Shown: positions 52,501-61,497 of the stretch, piece after piece | How positions within the stretch are numbered: the first letter of the stretch is position 1 | Layout: each line of letters starts with the position of its first letter | Assembly: GCA_963762255.1 (NCBI GenBank) | Contig: CAVXKA010000001.1 | Span: forward strand, 1,391,222-1,455,221 | Direction: 5' to 3' | Length of the DNA: 64,000 nt | Source: Candidatus Eiseniibacteriota bacterium | Lineage (GTDB): Bacteria; Eisenbacteria; RBG-16-71-46; JABDJR01 | The notes under the pieces: model-generated | Database searches by the model: none | What the model was told of the DNA's origin: nothing | Seen by the model: only the letters and a program-made list of their open reading frames with translations | Made by a program: the position numbers and the translations under genes

Positions 52501-52636
52501 CGAACGCCGGGTCATCGCGGAGGGGCTGCGCGCCAACGACTGGAACAAGGCTCAGGTGGCCCGGGTGTTGAAGGTCTCCTACCCTTGTCTGCTCAAGAAG
52601 ATCAAGGAGCATCACCTCAGTCCACCGGAGCGCTGA
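49538..52636 (+). CDS. TPR-GAF-AAA+ (sigma54 activator)-HTH enhancer-binding protein
   Basis: About 550 aa of TPR-like repeats, GAF-like region, GETGTGKG, GSFTGA, FLDEVD, WPGNVRELE, Fis HTH. Confidence 0.93.
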   Translation: MNRSNESERRPRRGASALEGEVWQDLPEAVKYGDVCYQAERFADALEAYGKALEASAKNRANALPAEVRARLHYRMASCYMRRASYRQALEQLDLSRQALPRHLDKIRLAKIYARRGYILIEMGQYARAERHLVWSKKLLSGTNEHEELANLETHLGTLYARVGRSDESRQSFLSALATFRRIGDREGEARSFNNLGLHYKNACEWREAVRYLEEARTLWGRLGHRKYLVVVQLNLGIVHFKLGKWELCEENLAAGESLARELAESQQLVRIQLAQGNLALRRCRWDEAKLLYNQALDVARTESYGRESVLAQEFLGELHFERAEFEEASTLLEAALGAARAIAPEGDLVSESLRRLAETRLAQGRFQEALDHAKESAALASRMGDRYEEAVALRSVGLAMIRLGRRDEGERLLQMSLDSLGEIGESYQKGATHFAYGVFLAESAMETRSTQELEQAGVHLQRAYGAFLDLDARVRAADAAYRRAALESHFHRFDEAATFRGKARQVLPAGAAPALEEKLNRLGSELEDAFAERWPSGGDVLASLREMKRLFQGATDSEAVLKELIRLAVTRSGSTRGCVAHLGRNGRVEVVATFGWTPADAKALIGALGGALRGALDDNRPVWTNNAAEDERFRPVAGGTRFGVSSLVLLPLTLTDQEPGFLYVDKTPENTEGAYHQGELHLLTILANLAALSIIERWNSRLVKENEELRARIALGEGEDRFVTAHPGLKETLRLVTKVANSPVSILVEGETGTGKGLLAQIIHDASNRRDKPFVQINCAALPEQLLESELFGHMKGSFTGAAYNKIGLFKEAENGTIFLDEVDKTTLAVQAKLLHVMDSKEVRPVGSVKPYRVDTRVICATNSNLREKIRAGEFLEDLYYRLNDFIVTVPPLRDRREDLPLLLDYFIKKFSTQYGRPEIRLSPEVSRVLLDHHWPGNVRELEKTIRRLVVLADEELPVGLDLLPVEIQTEKLSFSGQTLREEVSRVERRVIAEGLRANDWNKAQVARVLKVSYPCLLKKIKEHHLSPPER

Positions 52637-52856
52637 CCCGGTACTCCGCCCCACATTCTCCGTGCTGTATCAAATCCCTTTATAGCCTGAAACCCAGCAA
52701 AACGGCGGTATTTTCCCCTGCGGCGCCGAGGCGATAAAGAATGTTTATAGTGGCGACCTGGTACGCTTCCCGCAAGGCCGTCACCGCCCTACCCACCCGA
52801 CGCGTAACTCGTTCCCGCAGGATGCATTAACAGTTGATCCGCGGACGGCGCCGTCC

Positions 52857-52873
52857 TTGGCACGGCCTCTGCA
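52857..52873 (+). promoter_or_regulatory. Sigma54 -24/-12 promoter
   Basis: TTGGCAC-GGCCT-CTGCA upstream of the AAA ATPase gene. Confidence 0.65.
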
Positions 52874-53032
52874 TATATGAGCCTGCGGAGGGGGGACCTC
52901 CGGAGCCGAAAGCCGTCGGGTTCCAAGCGCAACACGCATCGCAGCTCAGTTGTCCCTGCCGGACTTGGAACCCGATGGGTCGGCCCTCGTCTTCCGCGAC
53001 CGAGGCGTTCACCAAGAAAGCGGGGGGGGATC

Positions 53033-54499
53033 GTGAGGCGCGAACGGACCGAAGCCTATCGCGATCAGTTCGAATACCTCGCGGACTGCTTCGACTTCAT
53101 TCGCAAGCGTGGGGACGCCTACACCATCCGCACCGAGGCGCTGGAGAGCGAGCGGATGTCCCAGTACGGAGAGCGGAGCGGCTTCGACCTTGAGCGTAGC
53201 CGCCTCCTCAGCATCTACCACGGGATCGAGACCGAGGTGGCGCGCAAGGAAGAGGAAATCCACCGACGCCGGCAGGAGACCGACGCGCTGGGGATCCACT
53301 TTCCCCTCGATACCTTTATCGAACGGTACAGGCTGCGTCCCGAAGAGACGCAGATTCTCCTGGTTCTCCTTCACAACGAGTCAGTCGGTCGAAGCCATGC
53401 GCGCTTCAGCTCCGGGAACGAGATCCTGAATCTCCTGTTTCCCAATCCGGTGAGCGCGTTGAAGGCTTCCTCGTTTCTCGATGTGGGGGCGACGCTCCTC
53501 GAGGAGGGGCTCATCAGGTCATTCTCCGATGACGAGGCCACCAACTTCTTAAGGGCTGCCTACGAAGTCACGGAGAAGACCCTGCACGAGGTGTTGGGAG
53601 TCCGCGATCGCAGCGCGATCAGGGACCAGCAGCATGCTCCCCGCACTTCCAGCAGTCCTCTCGAGAGCCCTTTCCGGGTCGTCGCCCCCCGTGTTCGCCT
53701 CGAGCAGGTCGTGCTCCCCGAAGCGGTCCGCCAAGGCATCGAAGAAGTCCTGTGGCAGGCCGAGCAGGGGCAGGAGCTGTTTCGTGAGTGGGGTCTGGAC
53801 GAGGTCGTGGAGAAGGGGCGCGGGACCATTGTGTTGTTCAGCGGCCTTCCCGGCACCGGCAAGACGATGACCGCCGAGGCGATCGCCGAGCGCCTCGGCC
53901 GTCCCCTCTACGTCGCCGACTACGCCCAGCTCGAGAGCAAGTGGATCGGCGAGACCGAGAAGAACATCGTGGCCGTGTTCCAGGCCGCGAGCCAGGCCGG
54001 GGCGGTTCTCCTCTTGGACGAGGCGGACGCCGTCCTCGCCGCTCGCCTTGACGGAGGCCACTACAACGATCGCGCGTACAACCGCCAGGTGAGCATCCTG
54101 CTCGGCGAGATGGAGGCATTTCCCGGCACATGCATCCTCACCACCAATCGGGTGGTGACTCTGGACGAAGGATTGGCGCGGCGCATCGCGGCTAGCTTTG
54201 AGTTCACGATCCCGGAGGCGGGGGAGCGGTCGCGCATCTGGAAGGCGCTGCTCCCGGCCAGGGTGCCTCTGGCAGACGATGTGGATCTGGATCAGTTGGC
54301 CCGACGGTTTCCAATGGCCGGCGGGCACATCAAGAATGCCGTCCTCACGGCGGTCCGCAAGGCGGGCCGGCGTGCGGGCCGGGGAGCGCGTGTAACGCAG
54401 CGGGATTTCATCGAGGCGGCGGCGGCCGAGCAAGACAGCTTCCGCCCGTGTTCCCGACCCATCGGGTTTCAGGAGGCTTCCTCCGCTTCCTACTCGTGA
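53033..54499 (+). CDS. AAA+ ATPase with an N-terminal winged-helix-like region (track start 52877)
   Basis: LFSGLPGTGKTMTAE, SKWIGETEKN, LLLDEAD, ILTTNR, GGHIKNAV. Confidence 0.9.
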   Translation: MRRERTEAYRDQFEYLADCFDFIRKRGDAYTIRTEALESERMSQYGERSGFDLERSRLLSIYHGIETEVARKEEEIHRRRQETDALGIHFPLDTFIERYRLRPEETQILLVLLHNESVGRSHARFSSGNEILNLLFPNPVSALKASSFLDVGATLLEEGLIRSFSDDEATNFLRAAYEVTEKTLHEVLGVRDRSAIRDQQHAPRTSSSPLESPFRVVAPRVRLEQVVLPEAVRQGIEEVLWQAEQGQELFREWGLDEVVEKGRGTIVLFSGLPGTGKTMTAEAIAERLGRPLYVADYAQLESKWIGETEKNIVAVFQAASQAGAVLLLDEADAVLAARLDGGHYNDRAYNRQVSILLGEMEAFPGTCILTTNRVVTLDEGLARRIAASFEFTIPEAGERSRIWKALLPARVPLADDVDLDQLARRFPMAGGHIKNAVLTAVRKAGRRAGRGARVTQRDFIEAAAAEQDSFRPCSRPIGFQEASSASYS

Positions 54500-54619
54500 G
54501 GTCTCGCTGCGTGACACCGCCGACGGCTCTTGGGCGGCGACAGGAAGCGGTGCCGGTGGACGCCGGCGCCGCCGGGACTTGCCGGATCGAGTGTCCGTGG
54601 TTCGGCAAGGCGTCGCGAT

Positions 54620-54878
54620 ACGGTGGGTTAGACCGAGATGGTTATCCCGTCGCAAGCGAGGTGCAAGAGAGAGGGGAGTGGGAGCACTAACGAGCGCAGG
54701 CTCCCGTTCCCAGCCATCCCTCCCGTCCATGACGGGCGGGGTTTCCGGTCAGGCGAGATGGACGCTTGCCGGAAAGTTGGAACCGTGAGGGTTCCGTTCG
54801 GGCATAGGCACTCGGCGCGCAGACCACACATGGGGATGTCCAGGCTCGTGCCGAAGTGAAAACCGAATGCTCGGACCT
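54620..54878 (+). ncRNA. Unidentified highly structured RNA candidate
   Basis: Stems 54674-85/54700-11, 54722-27/54731-36, 54742-55/54763-75, 54779-84/54790-95, 54797-805/54867-75, 54809-16/54850-58, several with G-U pairs; ends at a strong terminator; no convincing ORF. Confidence 0.45.
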
Positions 54879-54879
54879 G

Positions 54880-54916
54880 CGCGACGTCGGAGGACACTCC
54901 GGCGTCGCGTTTTTTT
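54880..54916 (+). terminator. Intrinsic terminator
   Basis: CGCGACGTCGGAG-GACA-CTCCGGCGTCGCG followed by T7. Confidence 0.85.
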
Positions 54917-55010
54917 GTGCCGCGCGGTCGCGGGCGCTGGGCTCGACCGGTTCAGGGCGTTGCCCGCCGAGCGCTTGACCTGCTCGCCCCCGCCCGTCGA
55001 TAGTGGATGC

Positions 55011-55856
55011 ATGACGGTTTCATCCGACGAACCCGCGCACCGCGCATTCCCCGGCTTTGGCCAGGCGATGCTCCTCGTCGTCTTCATCTGGCTGGCTATC
55101 CTCTTCGTCGCAGTCGCCGCCACGGTTGCGCAGTCACTGCGGGCGGGCCAAGTGGAGATGCCCTCCGAGGCGACCCTCCTTCTTGTCGCCAATACCGCGG
55201 GGTTCTTCCTGATCACCGGCCTCGGCTGGCGGTACACCGGAGCGAGGTTCGGCGAGGTGTTTCCCCTGCGCCGGTTCGATCCTCGGCTCCTGGCCCCTGT
55301 GTTCCTGTTCACCCTGGGAAGTGTGGCCGTCCTGTCGCAGGTCGATTCCGTGCTCCGACTGCTCCCTGCCCCTGACTGGTGGAACGCGCTCCTGCGCACG
55401 ATCGATGAGACCATGTTAGACCTGATCCGCGAGTCGTACTGGGCCGCCGCGATCGCCCTGGTGGTGATGGCGCCGGTCACCGAAGAACTCTTCTTCCGAG
55501 GGCTGGTGCTCCGCGGATTCCGCCTGCGCTATTCCAGGAAGAAGGCGATCGTCCTCTCCGCGCTTCTTTTCGCCATCACCCACCTCACCCCGAACCAGTT
55601 TCTCTCCGCGTTCGCGATCGGGCTCTTCCTCGCCTGGATCGTGCTCGAGACTGGAAGCCTCTGGCTCGCGCTCTTCGTTCACGCGGTGGCGAATGGATCC
55701 GGCGTGCTCGCGGCGGGCGCGGGGATGATGGTGCCGTCCGGCGCGGAGCAGCCGGAACTCCTGCCGTGGTGGACCACGCTGGCGGGTCTCGCGGCCCTCG
55801 CCGGCGGGTGGCGGTGGCTGCGTCATCTGCTCCCGTCGCGCTCCCCCGCGATGTAG
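55011..55856 (+). CDS. CPBP (Abi/CAAX type II) intramembrane metalloprotease
   Basis: EELFFRG, FAITH, HAVAN; multiple TMs. Confidence 0.9.
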   Translation: MTVSSDEPAHRAFPGFGQAMLLVVFIWLAILFVAVAATVAQSLRAGQVEMPSEATLLLVANTAGFFLITGLGWRYTGARFGEVFPLRRFDPRLLAPVFLFTLGSVAVLSQVDSVLRLLPAPDWWNALLRTIDETMLDLIRESYWAAAIALVVMAPVTEELFFRGLVLRGFRLRYSRKKAIVLSALLFAITHLTPNQFLSAFAIGLFLAWIVLETGSLWLALFVHAVANGSGVLAAGAGMMVPSGAEQPELLPWWTTLAGLAALAGGWRWLRHLLPSRSPAM

Positions 55857-55987
55857 CGCCGCCGCTACAAGCGCGTCCCCCTGACCACGGTTGCCGCATC
55901 CGCTCGACGCGCCCCCGCGCAGCCTCCTCGCCCCCTTAATCCATGGAAGACAAAGGGTTGAGTAGTCGGCCGAACCCGGCGAATCGA

Positions 55988-56004
55988 TTGGCACCCTGCT
56001 TGCG
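55988..56004 (+). promoter_or_regulatory. Sigma54 -24/-12 promoter
   Basis: TTGGCAC-CCTGC-TTGCG, consensus match just upstream of ATG 56017. Confidence 0.75.
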
Positions 56005-56016
56005 TTATGGGGGGGC

Positions 56017-56880
56017 ATGAGAGACGCAAGCAAGCTTTCAAGATGGGTTCGCATTCGCCGGGCGGGGTTGACGGTGTTGCTCGCCGGACTCCTCGGCGGG
56101 TTCGTCGGCGGTTGCGATGAGGACTGTCTCCTCTGCTCGGACTGCGGTTCGCCCAACGCGCCGGTCGACGTCTACTCGGTGACCGGCGACGAGGAGATCG
56201 CGCTCTACTGGACCCCGGTCAACCTGGAGGCCGTGGACGAGTTCGTGGTCTACCGCTCCGCCAACGCGGAAGGCCCTTATGTGGAGATCGATCACACCCG
56301 GCGCGACATGTTCGTCGACCGCGACGTGCGCAACGGGCGTACCTACTTCTACGCGGTGACCGCGATCGACGCGTGCGGCTACGAGTCGGATCTCTCTCGC
56401 GAGCTGGTCCACGATACGCCCCGCCCGGAGGGATTCGGGGCGCGCCTCGACGACGCCAACGGCGACGCGTACGCGCGCAGCGGCTGGGACTTCAGCGCCT
56501 ATCGCGCGCTCGTGTGGGATCACGACGAGACCGATGTCTACTTCGTGATTTCCGAGGGCGTGCCGTTCCTGGTCGCGGCCGACCTGGCCACCGATATCCA
56601 GGACGCGGGCTACACCGACTTCGACGGCGTGGACTGGGCGCCCGAGCGCGGGTGGAGCCCCTCCGGCTCCGTCGAGCTCATTCCCGGGCACATGATCGTG
56701 GTGTGGACGCGGGACAACCACTTCGCGAAGGTGCGGGTGGAGTCGGTCGGCGCAGGAAGGCTCACCTTCGACTGGGCGTACCAGATCGACACCGGCAACC
56801 GCGAGCTGGCGCCGCGGCCGGGCAACGGGCTCCGAATTCAGGCGGCTCCGGGGCTGCGCCCGGCGCCGCGGGCGCTTTGA
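56017..56880 (+). CDS. Lipoprotein with a fibronectin type III-like domain
   Basis: Lipobox-like VGGC; LYWTPV...FVVYRS...TYFYAVTAID...ES. Confidence 0.75.
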   Translation: MRDASKLSRWVRIRRAGLTVLLAGLLGGFVGGCDEDCLLCSDCGSPNAPVDVYSVTGDEEIALYWTPVNLEAVDEFVVYRSANAEGPYVEIDHTRRDMFVDRDVRNGRTYFYAVTAIDACGYESDLSRELVHDTPRPEGFGARLDDANGDAYARSGWDFSAYRALVWDHDETDVYFVISEGVPFLVAADLATDIQDAGYTDFDGVDWAPERGWSPSGSVELIPGHMIVVWTRDNHFAKVRVESVGAGRLTFDWAYQIDTGNRELAPRPGNGLRIQAAPGLRPAPRAL

Positions 56881-56930
56881 CGATGAAGAACGGTCCAACG
56901 ACGTGGCTTTCCACGAGGAGGTATGACGAG

Positions 56931-57563
56931 ATGAGAAGCGAATCGATCCGAAAGGCGACGGTCCTTCTGGTCGCGCTGGCGGGCATCGCGGTCGTCTCGA
57001 CCGCGGCAGCCGACTCGCGCGGCGTGAATCGAGTGGAGCCGAAGCTGGTGCGCATGCCGGAGCCCACGTTGGTCCGGGTGCCGATCGAGGATGTGAATGA
57101 CCTCCGTGTACGTGTCTGGACGGAGCCGGGAGAGGGGACGATGGTGTTCCCCGGCGAGAGCGTGAAGGTCCGGTTCCGCGTGGATGACGATGCCTACGTG
57201 GTCATCTATGACATCGACACCATGGGACGCGTGCGGGTTCTCTTTCCCGAGGATCCCTATGACGACGGATTCGTGCGTGGCGGACAGGTGGTGCGTCTGC
57301 CGGGTCGCGGCGCCGGGTATCGACTCATGGTGAGCGGCCCCGCCGGTGTCGAGCGCATCGTGGCCCTGGCCTCGGACAGGCCGCTGACAGGTCGGTGGCA
57401 GCGGTTCGCCGACAACGACCTGTTCCGGCAGGACAGTTCCTTGAGCCCACGGTTGGTGAAGGCGCCGACGAGGCCGAACCTCATCCCCGTTCCCGTCGAT
57501 CGCGACGGGGTGGCGAGGGACGAGACCTGGTTCAGGGTGGGCCGGTCCGGCCGGAGCTACTGA
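56931..57563 (+). CDS. Secreted DUF4384 domain protein
   Basis: Signal peptide; PGESVKVRFRVDDDAYVVIYDIDTMGRVRVLFP...GPAGVERIVALAS; GAGGAGG upstream. Confidence 0.8.
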   Translation: MRSESIRKATVLLVALAGIAVVSTAAADSRGVNRVEPKLVRMPEPTLVRVPIEDVNDLRVRVWTEPGEGTMVFPGESVKVRFRVDDDAYVVIYDIDTMGRVRVLFPEDPYDDGFVRGGQVVRLPGRGAGYRLMVSGPAGVERIVALASDRPLTGRWQRFADNDLFRQDSSLSPRLVKAPTRPNLIPVPVDRDGVARDETWFRVGRSGRSY

Positions 57564-57676
57564 CGTGTTGAGGGGTCCGGCCTCTCCCGCGGCCTCCCCG
57601 GGCCCAAACGGGGGAGGCCGGCGCCCCGACTGAGAATGCCCATCGAGGGGAGATCGGCCCCTCCCTCGGTAGGCGA

Positions 57677-57704
57677 GGGCCCCCGTCCGGGGGCCCGTTT
57701 TATT
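57677..57704 (+). terminator. Intrinsic terminator
   Basis: GGGCCCCC-GTCC-GGGGGCCC followed by GTTTTATT. Confidence 0.65.
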
Positions 57705-57856
57705 GGAACCGAACGTCGGCCCGGGGGGTCTACCCAAAGCCTCCCGGGCCGCTTTGCGTCGAAGCCTGCATGCGGTACGGTATTCAGTCCCCCGGCCGCA
57801 TGCCGTGTGCCGGGTGCTTGATCCATGTGCGCCCTGCGCCGGGCCGAACCACCCTG

Positions 57857-60800
57857 ATGAACATCTCGCCGATCTCCCGCCAGGCTCTTGCCATGCTGGT
57901 CCTTGCCGGCGTCCTTGCCTCCGGCGCAGGCCCGCTCACCATCGTCGCCTCCGCGGCGGCATCCATTCCGTCGGCCCTCTCCGCAGACGTGCCCCGGCCC
58001 TGCTTCGTCCCGGCCCATCCCCTCAAGCAGGGGATCGCCCCGCGACCGGAAGCTCCCAGCTCCCCGCGGGCGGGCGAGATCGCGCTCAAGGTGGGGGGCG
58101 CCTTCGAGCCCTATCACGACGCGCACTTGCGCGAGGGGATTGCGTCGGGTGCGGAGGACGTCACGCCGAGGCGCTGGCGCATCGCCGCGATTCTGGTCGA
58201 CTTTGAGGAACAGGAGATGGGCGCTGGATTCGCCGCCGCCCGCGAGGACTCCATCCGGCTCTACTTCGATCGCGCGCTCACGCACCTCGACCAGATGTAC
58301 CGGTCGATGTCGGATGGGCTTCAAGAACTCACCTGGGATATCACGCCGTCGGTCTATCGCATGCCGCGATCCCTGGCCTACTACGGCCTTGACGATTCGA
58401 TCGCCACGCGCGAGGCCGACCTCTGCCGCGATGCGGTCCAAGCCGCCGACGCCGACGTGGATTTCGGCGACTACGATGTCTACATGGTCTTCCATGCCGG
58501 CCCGGGGCAAGAGGCCGACATCTTGAACGATTCGCAGGACCAGATCTGGTCGGTCTTCTTCCGCCAGGTCGACTTCGGGTTCTGGCTGAACGCACCGGAC
58601 GCGGAGCGCGGCATCCGGACCGCGGATCTCACCGCGACCGGGGACACTGTCTTCGTGACCCACACCGTGGTGCTTCCGGAGACCGAAAGCCAGGATGGAT
58701 ACGAGTTCGGGCTGCTCGGCGTGGTCGCCCACGAGTTCGGCCATCGCTTCGGGCTTCCCGACCTCTACGACACGACCGGCCCCGCGGACTTCATCTACGC
58801 CGACAGCCAGGGGATCGGCACCTTCGGGCTCATGGGAGCGGGGATCTGGAACGACAACGGCTTCTTCCCCGCCGAGATGGAGGCGTGGAGCAAGTTCTAC
58901 GTGGGGTGGTTGCGCCCGCGGGTAATTCGCCCCGAGGCCGGCGGGGGCGAGCAGATCGTCTCCCTGGAGGCGGCCGAGCTCGCGCGCCGGGAGGGCGCGG
59001 TGCGGATACCGATGGGAGGGGACGAGTACCTGCTCATCGAGAACCGCGTGCGCGATTACAACTACAACGGCATCGTCGATTTCACGGACGCGGACGACGA
59101 CTCCGTATTCGACTTCTGGACCGACGGATACGGAGCCACCGCCGACGGCGGCGACACCGAATTCGACTGGTATCTGCCGCAGCCGCTGGACCGACCCCGT
59201 AACCCGAAGAAGGACGGTTCCGGACTTCTGATCTGGCATGTCGACGAATCCACGATCAGCGACTTGCTCCTCTACAACATGGTGAACGCGGACGCGCTTC
59301 ACAAGGGCGTGGACCTCGAAGAGGCCGACGGCATCCAGGATCTGGACAAGCTCGTGTTCCAGTTCGAGGCGTTCGGCGATTCGCGCGATTCCTACTGGGC
59401 CGGCAACGCTACCGAACTGACCCCCGCGAGCACACCGCCATCCGATGCCTACAGCGACGCTCGGACCGGGATCTGGATCACCGACATCTCGGAGGCGGGG
59501 CGCACCATGAGCTTCCGCCTCCGCTTCACCTCGCCCGACGGGAACGCCGAAGGTGACTTCATCGACGGATGGCCGCGCGATCTTCCCGGGCTCGTGCGTG
59601 ACTTCCAGCCGGTGGCCGGCGATCTGAACGGCGACGGCCGGCTGGAGATCGTGTTGGCCGCCACGGACGAAGACGGCATCGGAGGGCCGATCGTCCTCGA
59701 CGCCGACGGGACGTCCTTCCTGCCCGCGGGGGACACGCCCCGTTACTTCAGTACCGGGCGGCTGCACGCCGAGCCGATCCTCGTGAACATGGACGGCCCC
59801 GAAGGGGAATCGGGCCTGGAGATGGTGTGGGTGAGCGGCGACACCGTGTACGCTGCGCGTGGCGACGGCACCTACCTGACTGCGAGTGGTGGGGCGAGCC
59901 CCGGCCCGGCGCCGTTCTTCGTTCTGAACATGGAGCCCGGTCGCACGCATCTCGTGGCGGACGACATCGACGGTTTCGACGGTCGCCCCGAATTGCTCCT
60001 GGGCATCCCGTCGCCGCTGCGCCTGAACGCCAACGACCTGATCGCAATCGCCTACAGACCCGGTCAAGGCACGCGCCTGCGCGTGCAGGCGACCCTGTTC
60101 GGCGAGGCCGATCTTCACTCCACCCTCGCCGATCTCGACACCGTGGACGCCGGCTTGAAGGAGACCATCACGAGCGTGCGGACACCGGACGGCGGGTGGC
60201 TGAGCGTGACGCTCCTTGGCGAGGAACTCGACGAGAGCGGGATGTATCCGGTCTGTTCGCTCAAGTACTCGCAGGGTGACACGGTCGCGTTCACCGAACC
60301 GGTGACCGGCGATCTCAACGGCGACGGCCTCGACGAGATCGTCGTGGGGGACTCGCGAGGCTTCGTGCATGCGCTGACCGTTCGCTCCGTCACCATCGAC
60401 GGCATCAGCAAGCTCTGCGAAGCGCGCAGCGCGGCGGGGACCACGGAGAACGACAACGACCTGTTCACCGAGCTGCCGGGGTGGCCGATCGAAATCGGGA
60501 CGCTCGCCGACGATGAGTTGTCGCTGGCCGATTTCGACGGCGACGGCCACCTCGAGGTCTTGGCGTTCGGCCCGATCAACCGTCTCTACGCGATCAACTA
60601 CAACGGAACCTTCGACATGTCCTATCCGGTCCAACTGCCCGGAGAGGATCGGTTCACCGCGTCGTTCCTGTCTCCGTTGTTCTTCGATCTCCCGGGGCTG
60701 GTGCGGTCGGAGGGGTTCTTCGCGCTTCCCCTCCCGGACGGGCAGGTCCGTCTGCACGAATCCGGCGAGAGTCCCTATCGTGACGTGAGCTACCTTGGAG

Positions 60801-61366
60801 GCGGCACCCAACGGAGCTATCCGGTGCTTGCGGCCTTCGACCCGCAAGAGGGCCGTGGTCTCCTCACCGTCGAGGACGTGAACGTCAGTTTCCCGCCCAT
60901 GATCGCGAGCGGCGATACGTCGCCGGGGATCACAAAGGTTGGACGGGCGATTCTGCGCTCGGTGGGTTCAGGCCCGTTCGCGCCCGGCGGCTGGCCGGTC
61001 TACCGCCATGATGCGGCCCGCACCGGCCGCGCTCTCGAACCGTCGAGCCCCGGACAGGAGCCCGCGAACGGGCTGCTCGCGGACACGTTTGTCATGCCCA
61101 ACCCGGCCGCGAGCACCCAGCCCGGCTTCCACTACCGGGTGAGCTCGGACGTGAGGAGCGTGACCATCGAGGTGCACGATCTCAACGGAAGGCTGGTGCG
61201 CACGATCGACGGCTCGGTGGACCTGCACACCGACAACATCGTGCGCTGGGATCTGCGCAACGATCACGGGCACGAGGTGGCCCCCGGGCTCTACGTGGCC
61301 AGGCTCAAGGCGGAGACGAGCTCGAAAGCGGGAAGCCGGGTCGTGACCTTTGTGGTGCTGCGATGA
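57857..61366 (+). CDS. M6 (immune inhibitor A-like) metalloprotease with FG-GAP repeats and a FlgD-like C-terminal domain
   Basis: HEFGHRFGLPDLYD, GLLIWHVDE, LEEADG, GDLNGDG repeats, PNP...WDLRNDHGHEVAPGLY. Confidence 0.9.
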   Translation: MNISPISRQALAMLVLAGVLASGAGPLTIVASAAASIPSALSADVPRPCFVPAHPLKQGIAPRPEAPSSPRAGEIALKVGGAFEPYHDAHLREGIASGAEDVTPRRWRIAAILVDFEEQEMGAGFAAAREDSIRLYFDRALTHLDQMYRSMSDGLQELTWDITPSVYRMPRSLAYYGLDDSIATREADLCRDAVQAADADVDFGDYDVYMVFHAGPGQEADILNDSQDQIWSVFFRQVDFGFWLNAPDAERGIRTADLTATGDTVFVTHTVVLPETESQDGYEFGLLGVVAHEFGHRFGLPDLYDTTGPADFIYADSQGIGTFGLMGAGIWNDNGFFPAEMEAWSKFYVGWLRPRVIRPEAGGGEQIVSLEAAELARREGAVRIPMGGDEYLLIENRVRDYNYNGIVDFTDADDDSVFDFWTDGYGATADGGDTEFDWYLPQPLDRPRNPKKDGSGLLIWHVDESTISDLLLYNMVNADALHKGVDLEEADGIQDLDKLVFQFEAFGDSRDSYWAGNATELTPASTPPSDAYSDARTGIWITDISEAGRTMSFRLRFTSPDGNAEGDFIDGWPRDLPGLVRDFQPVAGDLNGDGRLEIVLAATDEDGIGGPIVLDADGTSFLPAGDTPRYFSTGRLHAEPILVNMDGPEGESGLEMVWVSGDTVYAARGDGTYLTASGGASPGPAPFFVLNMEPGRTHLVADDIDGFDGRPELLLGIPSPLRLNANDLIAIAYRPGQGTRLRVQATLFGEADLHSTLADLDTVDAGLKETITSVRTPDGGWLSVTLLGEELDESGMYPVCSLKYSQGDTVAFTEPVTGDLNGDGLDEIVVGDSRGFVHALTVRSVTIDGISKLCEARSAAGTTENDNDLFTELPGWPIEIGTLADDELSLADFDGDGHLEVLAFGPINRLYAINYNGTFDMSYPVQLPGEDRFTASFLSPLFFDLPGLVRSEGFFALPLPDGQVRLHESGESPYRDVSYLGGGTQRSYPVLAAFDPQEGRGLLTVEDVNVSFPPMIASGDTSPGITKVGRAILRSVGSGPFAPGGWPVYRHDAARTGRALEPSSPGQEPANGLLADTFVMPNPAASTQPGFHYRVSSDVRSVTIEVHDLNGRLVRTIDGSVDLHTDNIVRWDLRNDHGHEVAPGLYVARLKAETSSKAGSRVVTFVVLR

Positions 61367-61497
61367 GGGGGCCTGCAACTAGAGGCCTTGCATCGGGCAC
61401 CGAAGGGGCGCGGCCAAGAACGCCCCGATTAGGATAGAATGAGGCGCCGTCGCTCGCGGGGTATGCCCGCGGCGGGACGCCGCATGGGAGGTTCGGA

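Noticed and set aside
53033-54499. Extracellular contractile injection system locus
   Set aside because: No sheath, tube, baseplate or spike genes in the window.
54620-54878. Identification as RNase P RNA, tmRNA, SRP RNA, cobalamin riboswitch or raiA RNA
   Set aside because: Diagnostic conserved sequences are absent on both strands; short shared words such as GTGGTT and CAGGCGAG are insufficient.
57574-57670. REP-like repeat family from clustered hairpins
   Set aside because: No second copy elsewhere in the window; consistent with terminator-region structure.
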